DNA of 64,000 bases from positions 2,511 to 66,510 of the forward strand of contig CBFIHS010000004.1 in the NCBI GenBank assembly GCA_965662565.1, in the 5' to 3' direction. The position numbers and the translations under genes are program-made. The notes under the pieces are model-generated. The model was not told where the DNA came from. It searched no databases and worked only from the letters and a program-made list of their open reading frames with translations. The stretch comes from Pseudohongiellaceae bacterium (GTDB lineage: Bacteria; Pseudomonadota; Gammaproteobacteria; Pseudomonadales; Pseudohongiellaceae). Position 1 is the first letter of the stretch, and every line of letters begins with the position of its first letter. Positions 18,852 to 29,752 of this stretch are shown here, one piece after another.

Positions 18852-21595
18852 TAGTCTGCCCTCTCTTCGGTATTAGCTTCGGTATTAGCTTCGGTTCTGT
18901 CACTAGCAATAATGTTAGCGGCTTTCCAAGATTCAGGGCTTTGCCATCCCTCAGCTTTATTAAGACTGATTGATGACTCCATGTTTTGAAAATTTAAGCC
19001 TTTCAATCCGAATGAAACACCAACGGTACCAACTTCTATCGAGCTACGAAGAACAAAAGGCACAGCGCCGTTATGCTCAACTTGAACGCCATCACTGGAT
19101 TGCAAACCTAGTTTCTGTGCATCTTCCGGGTTAATCGCAACATAAGCTGAAGTTGCTTTTTCCTGAATAGCTGGGGTGCGAGCACTTAATTCTTCAGAGC
19201 CAAACAGGTGGTAGATTGGGAAAATATTAAAACCTTCTCCAGCTGATGCAGTCTGATCACTTGTCAACTCGTACCAAGTCTTTTCGGAACTTGTATTTGC
19301 CAACAAGCGTTGACCAGGGGAACCTTGCTTAAGAGCACCACCAGCACTTTCTTGGAATTTGAAAACACTTTGGTTTGAATTCCAGCCTGGCGCCCAAGGT
19401 GAATTAAACACTGCAGCATCTTTAACCGCAGGCACACCCTCCATTGAATAAACCATCACGCCATCTTCATCTTGTTCTTGTTTAGGCTCATGGACGTTAA
19501 CATCAGCACGCATAGCTGTTCTGCCGCTATAACGATGATGTTGTCTAGGCGCTTTGAGACCTGCAAAGTTATAACTTTCTCCAGGTGTTAGATGAGCCAT
19601 ACCTGCACAATTTTCAATTGCTTCTGAGCAGGCTGCAGTAATCTCATTGAAATGTTTATCCGAAAGCCATAAAGCGCTAGAGCGAATACTATCAACAGGC
19701 TTGAAGGTTGAATAATAGTGTTGAGCTCGACCTTCATAGTTAACAAAAGTACCTGAAGTCTCTGCAAATGTTCCGGCAGCAAGTACAAGGTTAGCTTGCT
19801 CTCCAGTTCGGTTTTGCAGGTGATCAAGCACGACTAGATTGTCTAGACCTTCAATATAGGTATCAACATCAGTTGAATTTGCTCGGCGGTAGAGGTCATT
19901 CTCTAAAATGATCGCCGTTTTATTGGTGCTTGCCATTGCTTGATTCAGCGCTTTGCCTTCGCTGCCCTGCATCATTAATGCAAGGCCCATGCTATTACTT
20001 TCTGGTGCTACTAGAGCTAGATTAGCTTTACTTTCTGCACCGCTAAGCGCAGTAGCAATATTACTTGCAGCACCTAATAGAGCAGGCTCGAAGCTACTGG
20101 TCCCACTAATAATCAGAGGAGTTTTAGCGGCTTTTAGAGTTTCTGCAATTTCGGCCACTAAGGCTTGTTCATCCTTGCTTAGGTCTGCAACAGCAGGAGC
20201 TGAAGAATCAATGGCATTAGCGATAGCCATGCCAATTCGAGCACTATTAGCAGCTGAGCTTATGTGAACTTTCTTAGCAATATCATCAAGCCGAGTTGTA
20301 TGCGGGCTTAGGATATAAAGCGGGCTTAACTTGTCCATTGCAAGCTGCTTAATTGCAGCGTCGTGCCAGATTGGAAAGTTGAGATCAGCGCCCATTTGAC
20401 GGCCAAGGTTTTTCACTGACTGACGCACTGCCAAAGCTAATCTTGCGGCAGTATTGGTCAAATCTTCACCCAGAATAAGGACAGCATCAGAAGCCTCAAT
20501 ATCTTTTACGTTGGCAACATTGACAGGTTTGCTTTGGTAGATCTCAATTATTTGCTGAAGCATGGCCAGTTCTTCATCAGAAACACCGGCATAAAAGTTA
20601 TCTTTACCAACCAGCTCTTGCAGAGCGAAATTCGCTTCCATTGAAGCACGAGGAGAACCGATACCAATGCCATCTTTCGCGCTTGCTTTTAAAGCTTCTT
20701 TAGCAGCTTCTGGCTCAATTTGTACAGGGTCAGCATTATGAGAACTTCGAGTCATGCTGACTTTGATGCGTTCTTGACTATTAACATACTCAGCACCAAA
20801 ACGACCTTTATCGCATAAAAAATAACCGTTCACTTCGTCGTTAAAGCGGTTAACTATTCTTCTTAAGGTTCCATAGCGTTCGCCAGGATTCGTGTTACAG
20901 CCAACGCTACAACCCGTACAGATAGATGGAGAAGACTGCAAATCCCATTTACGGCTGTAATGCTTACTGAAAGGCTTGTCTGTGAAAACACCGGTGGGAC
21001 AAACTTCAACCAAGTTACCAGAGAATTCACTTTCTAAAGAACCTTCTTGCCAACGCCCAAAGTAGGTATTGTCATGCGATGCCTGGGGGCCGAAATCCGT
21101 GCCACCAGCGTAATCTTTGTAATATCTAACACAACGATAACAAGTGATACAGCGGTTCATTTCATGATTGATGAATGGACCAAGGTATTGATTGTAATGA
21201 GTTTTCTTCTTGCCATCATAACGACGATAACTATGACCTGACATGACCGTCATATCCTGCAAATGACATTCCCCGCCTTCTTCACAAACTGGGCAGTCAT
21301 GCGGATGATTAATCATAATGCTTTCAATTGCCTGCGCTCTGAATTTCGAAGCAGCATCAATAGAGTAACGAGCACCCTCTCTTGGAGAAGTCATACAAGC
21401 CATGACAAGACGACCTTTTTCGTCGTTTTCATCGGCATACTCAATTACCGCGCATTGACGGCACGAACCAACAGAACCCATGCTTGGATGCCAACAGAAA
21501 TAAGGCAAATCCATAGCATGAGATAAACACTCCTGCAGAAGATTATTCTTTTCGTCTACTTCAAAGACTTTGCCGTCAATAGTGATGGATGCCAT
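18851..21595 (-). CDS. nuoG: NADH-quinone oxidoreductase subunit G (long, E. coli-type)
   Basis: 914 aa. N-terminal 2Fe-2S/4Fe-4S cysteine motifs (CRQCAV, HPHDCPVCEEGGECHLQ, CITCYRCVRY) followed by a molybdopterin-oxidoreductase-like domain. Confidence 0.94.
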   Translation of the reverse strand: MASITIDGKVFEVDEKNNLLQECLSHAMDLPYFCWHPSMGSVGSCRQCAVIEYADENDEKGRLVMACMTSPREGARYSIDAASKFRAQAIESIMINHPHDCPVCEEGGECHLQDMTVMSGHSYRRYDGKKKTHYNQYLGPFINHEMNRCITCYRCVRYYKDYAGGTDFGPQASHDNTYFGRWQEGSLESEFSGNLVEVCPTGVFTDKPFSKHYSRKWDLQSSPSICTGCSVGCNTNPGERYGTLRRIVNRFNDEVNGYFLCDKGRFGAEYVNSQERIKVSMTRSSHNADPVQIEPEAAKEALKASAKDGIGIGSPRASMEANFALQELVGKDNFYAGVSDEELAMLQQIIEIYQSKPVNVANVKDIEASDAVLILGEDLTNTAARLALAVRQSVKNLGRQMGADLNFPIWHDAAIKQLAMDKLSPLYILSPHTTRLDDIAKKVHISSAANSARIGMAIANAIDSSAPAVADLSKDEQALVAEIAETLKAAKTPLIISGTSSFEPALLGAASNIATALSGAESKANLALVAPESNSMGLALMMQGSEGKALNQAMASTNKTAIILENDLYRRANSTDVDTYIEGLDNLVVLDHLQNRTGEQANLVLAAGTFAETSGTFVNYEGRAQHYYSTFKPVDSIRSSALWLSDKHFNEITAACSEAIENCAGMAHLTPGESYNFAGLKAPRQHHRYSGRTAMRADVNVHEPKQEQDEDGVMVYSMEGVPAVKDAAVFNSPWAPGWNSNQSVFKFQESAGGALKQGSPGQRLLANTSSEKTWYELTSDQTASAGEGFNIFPIYHLFGSEELSARTPAIQEKATSAYVAINPEDAQKLGLQSSDGVQVEHNGAVPFVLRSSIEVGTVGVSFGLKGLNFQNMESSISLNKAEGWQSPESWKAANIIASDRTEANTEANTEERAD
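18866..18896. repeat. 12-nt tandem repeat (about 2.6 copies) inside the nuoG 3' end
   Basis: TTCGGTATTAGC TTCGGTATTAGC TTCGGTT encodes the duplicated ...TEANTEANTEE... just before the NuoG stop. Confidence 0.8.
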
Positions 21596-21649
21596 CTTAT
21601 AACCTAAATTATTTAATATCTTTAATTATCAATATCTTAAAACTAAAAC

Positions 21650-22930
21650 TTAATGTGACTTATACTTGCAGCCATGCTTAACATGCTCTTCGTATTCATC
21701 CATAAAGTATTTCAAACTACTTTGTAGAGGTTCTGCTGCACCTGGAGCCAAGGCGCAGAAGGTATTACCTGGGGCCATGTATCCACACATTTCTTTTAGA
21801 ACCTCAATATCTTTCATTTCACCATTACCCTCTTCCATTTTATTGAGGATATGCTCAACCCAAGGCAAACCATCGCGACATGGGGTGCACCAGCCGCAAG
21901 ATTCATGAGCGAAAAACTTAATCAAATTTCTAACTGTGCCAACGGGGCAAGTTTTATCGTCTAAAACCATGATTAGAGAAGTACCCAATCTACTACCAGC
22001 TTTTGCTACATCGCCAGGGATCATCGGTAAATCAAGGTGTTCAGGCATTAAGAAGTCGGTAGAACCTCCACCTGGTAAGAAAGCTTTCAACTCATAGCCG
22101 TCTTGCATACCACCGGCGTAATCTTCTAATAAAGTTCGAAAAGTTGTGCCGACAGGCATTTCCCAACAACCAGGGTTCTTAACTCGACCACTTACACCAC
22201 TGACTCGAGTTCCAGACTCTTCCCCTAATCCAAGCCCTTTAAACCAATCAACACCATGAGTCAAAATACCCGGAATATTACAAATTGTTTCAACATTATT
22301 AACTAGGGTAGGACGACCCCAAAGACCGCTCACCTGCGGGAAAGGTGGTTTAAAGCGTGGGTTAGCGCGCTTCCCTTCCAGAGCGTTAATTAGAGCGGTT
22401 TCTTCACCGCATATATAACGCCCCGCACTAGTATGCAAATAGATATCCAAGCTGAAATCTGAACCAAGTATGTTCTTGCCGAGCATTTTGGCCGCATAAG
22501 CTTCTTCAATCGCTTTTAGAAGGTTTTCTTCAGCAAGTGTGTATTCGCCACGGAGGAAGATATAAGCCGTTGTGGCTTGAATTGCATAGGATGCAGTAAT
22601 CATCCCTTCTATTAAAAGATGAGGATCATTCTCCATCAAGAGACGATCCTTGAAGGTGCCTGGCTCCATCTCATCTGCATTAACAACCAGATAACGAGGA
22701 AGCCCATCTGGATCAGGAGAGAAACTCCACTTTAGGCCAGTATTAAAGCCTGCTCCACCACGACCGCCTAAGCCGGAATCTTTAACTTGACCCATGACAT
22801 CACGAGGCGCCATTTTGATAGCGTTTACAATGCTTTGATAGCCGCCTGCTGACTGATACTCCGCAAATGTAAATGGAGCTCGCCCTGCTTCGATATTCTT
22901 TGTTAATGGATTAGTTATGCTCATCTGCAA
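21650..22930 (-). CDS. nuoF: NADH-quinone oxidoreductase subunit F
   Basis: FMN/NADH site GRGGAGF and 4Fe-4S motif ESCGWCTPCR. The ORF-track start at 22930 is TTG; an ATG two codons in (22924) is an alternative. Confidence 0.94.
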   Translation of the reverse strand: MQMSITNPLTKNIEAGRAPFTFAEYQSAGGYQSIVNAIKMAPRDVMGQVKDSGLGGRGGAGFNTGLKWSFSPDPDGLPRYLVVNADEMEPGTFKDRLLMENDPHLLIEGMITASYAIQATTAYIFLRGEYTLAEENLLKAIEEAYAAKMLGKNILGSDFSLDIYLHTSAGRYICGEETALINALEGKRANPRFKPPFPQVSGLWGRPTLVNNVETICNIPGILTHGVDWFKGLGLGEESGTRVSGVSGRVKNPGCWEMPVGTTFRTLLEDYAGGMQDGYELKAFLPGGGSTDFLMPEHLDLPMIPGDVAKAGSRLGTSLIMVLDDKTCPVGTVRNLIKFFAHESCGWCTPCRDGLPWVEHILNKMEEGNGEMKDIEVLKEMCGYMAPGNTFCALAPGAAEPLQSSLKYFMDEYEEHVKHGCKYKSH

Positions 22931-22994
22931 TATATTCTTTTATCTACTACCCAAAAGTTATTACGCTGCTATAGAAATCAACTCTAAGTTTTAC

Positions 22995-23507
22995 CTAGAC
23001 CTGAGTTTTATAGTCTGCAATTATCTGATCGATCTTTTCAGTCGTCAGGTTTCTGTATATCTCTCTTCCAACCATCATGCTAGGAGCTTTATCACAATCA
23101 CCTAAGCATGGAACTGGAATCAATGTGAACTGATCATCTTCCGTTGTCTCTCCATAATCGATACCCAGCGTTTTGGTGATGTGTTCTTTAAGATCATCAC
23201 AACCCAGCATCCAGCAAGCAACAGAATCACATAAAAGAATCACGTTCTTACCAACAGGACGACGGAAAATCATGTTAAAAAATGTTGCCACACCTTCCAA
23301 GTCATCCGGTGGAATGTCTAAATATTCAGATACGGCCATTAAACTTTCATCACTTACCCAGCCCTGATACTTCTGGACAATCTTCAAAGCCTCAAGCCCA
23401 ACAGCCTGAGCATAAGGATAGTGCGTTTTTTCATGTTCAATCTCATGAATTTCCGCCTCAGTAAGCTGCCGTGCTTTGGGGGCTGTACTGGCAATAATAT
23501 TAGTCAT
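22995..23507 (-). CDS. nuoE: NADH-quinone oxidoreductase subunit E
   Basis: 170 aa. 2Fe-2S cysteines in LCDSVACW ... CLGDCDKAP. Confidence 0.93.
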   Translation of the reverse strand: MTNIIASTAPKARQLTEAEIHEIEHEKTHYPYAQAVGLEALKIVQKYQGWVSDESLMAVSEYLDIPPDDLEGVATFFNMIFRRPVGKNVILLCDSVACWMLGCDDLKEHITKTLGIDYGETTEDDQFTLIPVPCLGDCDKAPSMMVGREIYRNLTTEKIDQIIADYKTQV

Positions 23508-23555
23508 TATCTATCTATTCTCTTACCAAAAGTTCTTGCTTAATTTATACCTAGT

Positions 23556-25340
23556 CTATTTATCCACATCGGCCATTACGAAGTCAGTAGTAGCAACTAC
23601 TGCTGTAAAGTCTGCCAGCATCAATCCCCGGCTTAAGAAAGGAATGGCCTGTATATGAATGAAAGAAGGAGTACGTATACGAGTTCTATAAGAACCACTG
23701 CCACCATCATTAATTAAATAGTAGGAGTTAATACCTTTTGTTGCTTCGATACTCATGGTCACTTCGGTCGGATCCATTACAGGGCCCCAACTTACGCTAA
23801 GGAAGTGATCAATTAGAGTTTCAATATCTTGCTTACTCTTCTCTTTAATCGGAGGAGTCGTCAAAGGATGGTCCGACTTGTAGGGGCCTTCCGGCATATT
23901 TTCTAGACATTGACGAATAATTTCACAGCTTTGACGCATCTCTTCAACACGAACTGCTGCTCTATCATAACAATCACCATTTACAGCGATTGGCACCTCG
24001 AATTCAAAATTCTCGTAACCAGAGTAAGGCCGGTTTTTACGGTAATCCCATTCCAAACCTGTTGCTCTTAATGCTGGGCCCGTCATACCCCAGTCAAAAG
24101 CATCTTGTGTATTCATTTTACCTACACCGCGAGTACGTTGCTTGATCATAGTATTCCCCATAACCATTTTGTCGTATTCACGCAGCTTTTTAGGAAACAT
24201 ATCAACGAATTCTCGAATTCGAACATCCCAGCCATTAGGTAAATCTTGAGCAACACCGCCGATTCTGAACCAGCTTGGATGCATACGGCCACCAGTAATC
24301 GACTCAATGATATTGAAGGCTTTTTCGCGATCGATGAAGGCATAAAAAAGAGGAGACAATTGGCCAAGGTCAACTGCCCAGGTACCAAAGAATAACAAAT
24401 GACTACAAATTCGGAAAAATTCCGCCAACATCACACGAATAACTTTGACTCTTTCAGGAACTTGAATGCCTGCCATCTTTTCAACAGCCATGACATAAGG
24501 CAGGTTATTCATAACCCCACCAAGATAGTCAATACGATCTGTATAAGGGATATAGGTATGCCATGTTTGACGCTCAGCCATCTTCTCAGCACCACGATGG
24601 TGATAACCAACATCAGGAACAACGTCAAGAACGTATTCACCGTCCAATTGCAGCGCAAAACGGATAACCCCATGCGCAGCTGGATGATTGGGACCAAAGT
24701 TCAAAAACATAAATTCGCTAGTATCTGACTTTCGTGTAAGCCCCCACTCTTCAGGCTTAAATTTCATTGCCTCTTGCTCTGCATCCATGATGTCATCATC
24801 TAAACGATAAGGGTCCATTTCAGTAGCTCGCGCAGGATGTTCTTTGCGAAGAGGATGCCCCTCCCATGTTGGAGGAGTATAAATTCGACTTAGGTTAGGA
24901 TGACCGGTGAAAACGACACCAAACATGTCCCAGCACTCTCTCTCATGCCAGTTAGCAGCAGGCCACAAAGAAATAATAGTCGGAATGTTAAGATCACCGT
25001 CTTTAAGGGCTACTTTCAAACGGATATCACAATTGCCTGAATAAGAAATTAAGTGATAAACAACCGTAAAGTCACTCTCTGGCTGTCCTTCTCTGTGAAT
25101 ACGCAATCTTTCATCGATTGCTGTCACATCTAAAAGCATTTCAAATCTTGGACGGAAGTCATCTCTCAGAAACTTTAAAACTTCCAGCAATTTATCGCGG
25201 CTAAGCCATAAAGTCGGCATACCTTCAGAAGTATGCTGACGAACAAAGGAGGATTCACCAAACTTTTGATAAAGCTCTGCAATAACGGCCGGAACTTCGG
25301 ACGTGTTTTGTTGCATACTTTTAGTGTTATTAGTACTCAA
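23556..25340 (-). CDS. nuoC: NADH-quinone oxidoreductase fused subunit C/D
   Basis: Single 594-aa ORF with a NuoC-like N-terminal half and a NuoD-like C-terminal half. TTG start in the ORF track; an internal ATG at codon 9 is possible. Confidence 0.93.
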   Translation of the reverse strand: MSTNNTKSMQQNTSEVPAVIAELYQKFGESSFVRQHTSEGMPTLWLSRDKLLEVLKFLRDDFRPRFEMLLDVTAIDERLRIHREGQPESDFTVVYHLISYSGNCDIRLKVALKDGDLNIPTIISLWPAANWHERECWDMFGVVFTGHPNLSRIYTPPTWEGHPLRKEHPARATEMDPYRLDDDIMDAEQEAMKFKPEEWGLTRKSDTSEFMFLNFGPNHPAAHGVIRFALQLDGEYVLDVVPDVGYHHRGAEKMAERQTWHTYIPYTDRIDYLGGVMNNLPYVMAVEKMAGIQVPERVKVIRVMLAEFFRICSHLLFFGTWAVDLGQLSPLFYAFIDREKAFNIIESITGGRMHPSWFRIGGVAQDLPNGWDVRIREFVDMFPKKLREYDKMVMGNTMIKQRTRGVGKMNTQDAFDWGMTGPALRATGLEWDYRKNRPYSGYENFEFEVPIAVNGDCYDRAAVRVEEMRQSCEIIRQCLENMPEGPYKSDHPLTTPPIKEKSKQDIETLIDHFLSVSWGPVMDPTEVTMSIEATKGINSYYLINDGGSGSYRTRIRTPSFIHIQAIPFLSRGLMLADFTAVVATTDFVMADVDK

Positions 25341-25352
25341 GTTCTTCTCTTT

Positions 25353-25391
25353 TTAGGCTTAGTTTTTAGGCTTAGTTCTAGGCTTAAATTT
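25353..25391. repeat. 13-nt tandem repeat, about 3 copies, filling the nuoB-nuoCD spacer
   Basis: TTAGGCTTAGTTT TTAGGCTTAGTTC TAGGCTTAAATTT. Confidence 0.75.
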
Positions 25392-25405
25392 CACTGATTC
25401 TTAGA

Positions 25406-26047
25406 TTATGTTTCATCAGGGCTTCTTAATTCTTTTGCGGCGATCCTGTCTGCAAGACGAGCTTCACGTTGAACGACATTCCGTCCTTTCTCATAAATGC
25501 CCTGATCATTAATAACCCAACTCACAGAACGACGCTGATTACCAACTGAGTCCTGCAATAAGTTTAAGCCTTGCAAAAGCGCTTCTGGTCTTGGAGGACA
25601 CCCGGAAACATAAACATCAACAGGAAGGAATTTATCCACACCTTGAACAACTGAATAGATGTCGTACATGCCGCCTGAATTAGCGCAGGACCCCATACAA
25701 ATAACCCAACGAGGCTCCATCATTTGTTCATAAAGACGCTGTACTACAGGTGCCATTTTTCTAAAAACAGTACCTGCGATGATGATCATATCAGCTTGAC
25801 GGGGAGTAGCTCTGAATACTTCTGCACCAAAACGGGCAATATCGTGACGACTGGAAATAGCTGTTGCAGCCTCAACGTAGCAACAAGACAATCCAAAGTT
25901 GAAGGGCCAGATAGAGTTCTTACGACTCCAAGCAACCATGTCTTCAAGCCTTGTCATGATCACATTCTTTCTAATGTGATCATCAAACTGATTCATACCA
26001 GGGCTAGCAGAATAAGTATCTTCAGGTTTTACTAATTCCCAACTCAT
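25406..26047 (-). CDS. nuoB: NADH-quinone oxidoreductase subunit B
   Basis: N2-cluster cysteines ([21 protein letters not shown]). Confidence 0.94.
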   Translation of the reverse strand: MSWELVKPEDTYSASPGMNQFDDHIRKNVIMTRLEDMVAWSRKNSIWPFNFGLSCCYVEAATAISSRHDIARFGAEVFRATPRQADMIIIAGTVFRKMAPVVQRLYEQMMEPRWVICMGSCANSGGMYDIYSVVQGVDKFLPVDVYVSGCPPRPEALLQGLNLLQDSVGNQRRSVSWVINDQGIYEKGRNVVQREARLADRIAAKELRSPDET

Positions 26048-26526
26048 TAATGGTGCCCCCCATGAGCGTGATTATCTGTTTGATCTTCCAATTTTGCTTT
26101 TTTATGTTTGCCAATGTTGACGACTCCACCCTCACCCAAGCTATTGCTCAGATCGTCTCGTTGTCTTTGTGTGCGCCATTCAAGCGCGCCAGAGCGCCAT
26201 AAGTAAATCAGCCCTGCAATCAGGATAAGAATAAAAATAAGGACTTCTGCATAACCTAACCAACCACTCTCACGAATAGAGATTGCCCAAGCAAAAAGAA
26301 AAACAGCTTCCAGGTCAAAGATGATGAAAAGTATTGCAGTTAGATAGAAAGGGACTGAGATTTTAAATTGGGCTGAGCCAACAGACAGCATACCTGATTC
26401 ATAAACTTCATGGGTCGTATGATCTTTACGCTTTTGCCCAAGTAAATGTGAGATACCAGTTACTGCTCCGATGATAACAATAACGGCTACTGTAAAAAGA
26501 ACTAATGGGAAAAGATCGATATTCAA
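26047..26526 (-). CDS. nuoA: NADH-quinone oxidoreductase subunit A, with a C-terminal charged/His-rich extension
   Basis: Three-TM NuoA core starting at TTG (no nearby ATG). TAATG overlap with nuoB. About 40 extra C-terminal residues end in ...DNHAHGGHH. Confidence 0.9.
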   Translation of the reverse strand: MNIDLFPLVLFTVAVIVIIGAVTGISHLLGQKRKDHTTHEVYESGMLSVGSAQFKISVPFYLTAILFIIFDLEAVFLFAWAISIRESGWLGYAEVLIFILILIAGLIYLWRSGALEWRTQRQRDDLSNSLGEGGVVNIGKHKKAKLEDQTDNHAHGGHH

Positions 26527-26576
26527 ACTATTTACTCGTTTAGTTACTTCATAAAATGGGCAAATTTTCGGCGACG

Positions 26577-26605
26577 ATTATAAGCTAACAACGCCCTCTA
26601 TTCCA
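26577..26605 (-). promoter_or_regulatory. Putative sigma70-type promoter for the nuo operon
   Basis: Perfect -10 TATAAT (minus sense, 26582-26577) lies 51 nt upstream of the nuoA TTG. The -35 candidate TGGAAT at 17-nt spacing is weak. Confidence 0.2.
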
Positions 26606-26636
26606 TTAGTTCTTGCCTTGCTTTTGAATTTTTTTT

Positions 26637-28031
26637 TTAAAAAACTCGATTGTAACCATCATAAGCTGCGACCTTATAAGCCTCAGCCATAGTGGGATAG
26701 TTAAAAGTTGTATTCATAAAATACTTTAAGCTATTTGCATCCCCTTCTTGACTCATGATTGCTTGACCAATATGAACAATTTCAGATGCTTGAGCACCAA
26801 AACAATGAATGCCTAAAATTTCTAAGGTGTCAAAATGGAAAATAATTTTCAACATTCCAACATCTTCACCAGTAATTTGTGCTCTAGCTAAATTCCTAAA
26901 ATAAGCCTTGCCTACTTCATAAGGGATTTTCTTCTCAGTCAACTCCTGCTCATTAGCACCAAGAGTGCTTATTTCAGGGATTGTATAAATGCCGCTCGGG
27001 ATTTGTTTTACAAAATGAAACTCATCAGGATTAACAATCGCGTTGCAAGCCGCTCTACCTTGATCAAAAGCTGCACTGGCTAATGACGGCCAGCCTATGA
27101 CATCACCGGCAGCATAAATATGCTCCAATTCAGTTTGATACTTATCGTTGACGTTGAGCTGCCCTCTGCCATTAGCTTTCAAACCGATACTTTCGAGATT
27201 TAGGGAGTCTGTATTACCGGTGCGCCCATTAGCCCAGAGCACAATATCGCTCTTAATCTTCTTGCCCGATTGTAAATAAGTAATGACGACATCTTCTCCA
27301 CACTCCATAGAATCAAAGTGTTCTTGATGATGGCAACGAACCCCCAAGTTACCAAGGTGGTAACCTAAGGCATCACTGATTTCATTATCCAGAAAAGAGA
27401 GTAGCGAGTCAGCTGGATTGATTAGCTCTACTGTTATCCCAAGGCCAGCAAAAATAGAGGCGTATTCACAACCAATGACGCCAGCCCCAATAATAGTCGC
27501 CTTGCTGGGAGTATGATTGAGCTTTAAGATTGTGTCGCTATCAAAAACAAGCGGGTGATTGAAGTCGACAAATTCAGGCCTATAAGGTCTCGAACCCGTT
27601 GCTATTATAAAATGATCAGCCTCAACTTTACTTTTCTTTTTCCCATCGAAGATTTCAATGCTGTGTTTATCTAGGAAACGAGCCGAACCATAAATAACAG
27701 GAATATGGTTTCTTTCGTAATTGGCGGTGTGCACGCTAAGCTGTTCGTCTACTGCATGCTGAGCATGCCTCATAATTCTCTCATAGCCAACTCTTCTAAC
27801 GTCAGCTAGATCTCGAAACATCGGATTACTATTAAGCACTAAAAACTGTCGAACAGAATTTCTTAAGGCTTTGGAGGGAATAGTACCGTGGTAAGCTGAG
27901 TTACCGCCAAGACGAGGTTGATCGCAAATCATGGCAACCTTGCGTTTGGATTTAGCAGCATTCATAGCCGCCGACTCTCCTGCCGGACCACTACCAATCA
28001 CAATAATCTCATAACGTTGCTTGGTTGCCAT
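26637..28031 (-). CDS. sthA: Soluble pyridine nucleotide transhydrogenase (Si-specific)
   Basis: 464-aa flavoprotein disulfide-reductase fold. FAD motif VIGSGPAGE. The redox-active Cys pair is replaced ([16 protein letters not shown]), as in SthA/UdhA. Confidence 0.88.
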   Translation of the reverse strand: MATKQRYEIIVIGSGPAGESAAMNAAKSKRKVAMICDQPRLGGNSAYHGTIPSKALRNSVRQFLVLNSNPMFRDLADVRRVGYERIMRHAQHAVDEQLSVHTANYERNHIPVIYGSARFLDKHSIEIFDGKKKSKVEADHFIIATGSRPYRPEFVDFNHPLVFDSDTILKLNHTPSKATIIGAGVIGCEYASIFAGLGITVELINPADSLLSFLDNEISDALGYHLGNLGVRCHHQEHFDSMECGEDVVITYLQSGKKIKSDIVLWANGRTGNTDSLNLESIGLKANGRGQLNVNDKYQTELEHIYAAGDVIGWPSLASAAFDQGRAACNAIVNPDEFHFVKQIPSGIYTIPEISTLGANEQELTEKKIPYEVGKAYFRNLARAQITGEDVGMLKIIFHFDTLEILGIHCFGAQASEIVHIGQAIMSQEGDANSLKYFMNTTFNYPTMAEAYKVAAYDGYNRVF

Positions 28032-28082
28032 TCTTGTACTCAGTTATTCTGTGATAAGAAAGTCTCTAATACCCCAACTATT

Positions 28083-28109
28083 AATCTAGCCAATCTAGCT
28101 AATCTCTTA
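28083..28109. repeat. 9-nt tandem repeat, 3 copies, in the gap-sthA spacer
   Basis: AATCTAGCC AATCTAGCT AATCTCTTA. In minus sense the units contain AGCTAG, the same bases as the last codon plus stop of the upstream gene. Confidence 0.7.
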
Positions 28110-28117
28110 GTAAATGC

Positions 28118-29665
28118 CTAGCTATCCATTGATTCATTTTCAGGGTAAGACAGGTAATTTACACCAGCCATTTTAGAAACCATTCGAACGACTTGATTGC
28201 TGTAGCCAAACTCATTGTCGTACCAAAGATATAAAACCATGTTTTTGCCTTGGACTTTGGTGGCAGTGGCATCAAGAGTTGCTGCTTCGCGCATTCCAAC
28301 GAAATCACTTGATACAGCATCAGGTGACTCAGTATACCCGAGTTGATTTTGTAATGGTGAATGTAAGGCAATATTTCTTAAGTATTCGTTTATTTCATCT
28401 TTACTGCTGTCTTTGTCTAAAGTCAGACTTAAGATGGCCATAGATACGTTAGCCACAGGAACCCTAACAGCATTACCTGTCAACTTGCCCTCAAGTTCAG
28501 GGACAGCTTTCGCAACAGCTGTAGCAGCACCCGTTTCAGTTAGCACCATGTTAAGTGCGGCACTACGACCTCGACGGTCTGCTTTATGGAAATTGTCGAT
28601 TAAGTTCTGATCGTTAGTGTAGGCGTGAACAGTTTCAACATGACCATGCACAACACCATACTTTTCATTAATCAGTTTTAAGACCGGTGCAATTGCATTT
28701 GTAGTACAAGATGCTGCAGAGATAATTTGATCTTCAGGGGTGATCATGTCGTGGTTGATTCCAGACACGATATTCTTTAAATCACCCTTACCCGGAGCTG
28801 TCAGCATAACTTTGCTCACACCTTTAGATTGCAAATGCAAAGACAAGCCTTCTCTGTCTCTCCATTTACCTGTGTTATCAATTATCAAGGCATCGCTGAT
28901 TCCATATTGCGTATAATCCAAAGTATCAGGACCATCGGAATAAATGATATGAATGATATTTCCATTGGCAATAATTCGACTGTTCTCTTCATCGACTCGA
29001 ATAGTTCCTTCAAAAGAACCATGGATTGAATCATGACGCAGCAAGTTCACCCTTTTCACCATATCGCCATCACCCGATCTACGAACCACAATGGCACGTA
29101 AGCGCATTACTTGACCATTACCGGTTTGCTCGAGTAATAAACGTGTTACTAAACGTCCGATTCGACCGAATCCATACAGAACAACATCAGTTGGTCTCTC
29201 TATAGGCTTGTAATCTACATTGATCAGGTGCTCTAGTTCTCTTTTAACGAACTCATTAACGTCAGGCTTGATAGTTTGTTTATCAGAAAAGCTCATATAA
29301 TTGACAGTGAGTTTCCCCAAATCAATTTGGCAAGGACTAAGATCTAACTTACAGATAGCCTCAAGCACTTGATGACTTTCAAATTCGGAGAGTTCGTTAC
29401 GTGCCACTTCCCTAACTCGGCGATGCGACTTCATGATTACGGCTGTTGAGCGATTATTCAGGGCTCGACCATATAGAAAGGTTTGGACGCCCTTTTTATG
29501 TTCAAGCATTCCAATCATAGGAACCATTTGCTGAGCAAGTGCTCCCCTTTCTTTCCAGTCACCAAAGTAATCATCTAAGTTAGGTCTAACCACGATAAAA
29601 TCCTGTTTTGTTAATTTATTGAAAATAGGGTTCATTTGAACGGCGCGTATTATCTTAGGATGCAA
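28118..29665 (-). CDS. Long-form glyceraldehyde-3-phosphate dehydrogenase (GAPDH core with ~150-aa N-terminal extension)
   Basis: NAD motif LYGFGRIGRL and catalytic SAASCTTNA. The N-terminal extension and divergent pairing with mfd match what I recall in pseudomonads. The start could be the internal MNPIFNK at 29635. Confidence 0.85.
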   Translation of the reverse strand: MHPKIIRAVQMNPIFNKLTKQDFIVVRPNLDDYFGDWKERGALAQQMVPMIGMLEHKKGVQTFLYGRALNNRSTAVIMKSHRRVREVARNELSEFESHQVLEAICKLDLSPCQIDLGKLTVNYMSFSDKQTIKPDVNEFVKRELEHLINVDYKPIERPTDVVLYGFGRIGRLVTRLLLEQTGNGQVMRLRAIVVRRSGDGDMVKRVNLLRHDSIHGSFEGTIRVDEENSRIIANGNIIHIIYSDGPDTLDYTQYGISDALIIDNTGKWRDREGLSLHLQSKGVSKVMLTAPGKGDLKNIVSGINHDMITPEDQIISAASCTTNAIAPVLKLINEKYGVVHGHVETVHAYTNDQNLIDNFHKADRRGRSAALNMVLTETGAATAVAKAVPELEGKLTGNAVRVPVANVSMAILSLTLDKDSSKDEINEYLRNIALHSPLQNQLGYTESPDAVSSDFVGMREAATLDATATKVQGKNMVLYLWYDNEFGYSNQVVRMVSKMAGVNYLSYPENESMDS

Positions 29666-29752
29666 TTCATAAGTCCAATCGAAATCAGAATTAGCGGAAA
29701 AATGACTCCATTTATGACATCATAGCGCCCTTTTACACTAGCTAGGATCAAT

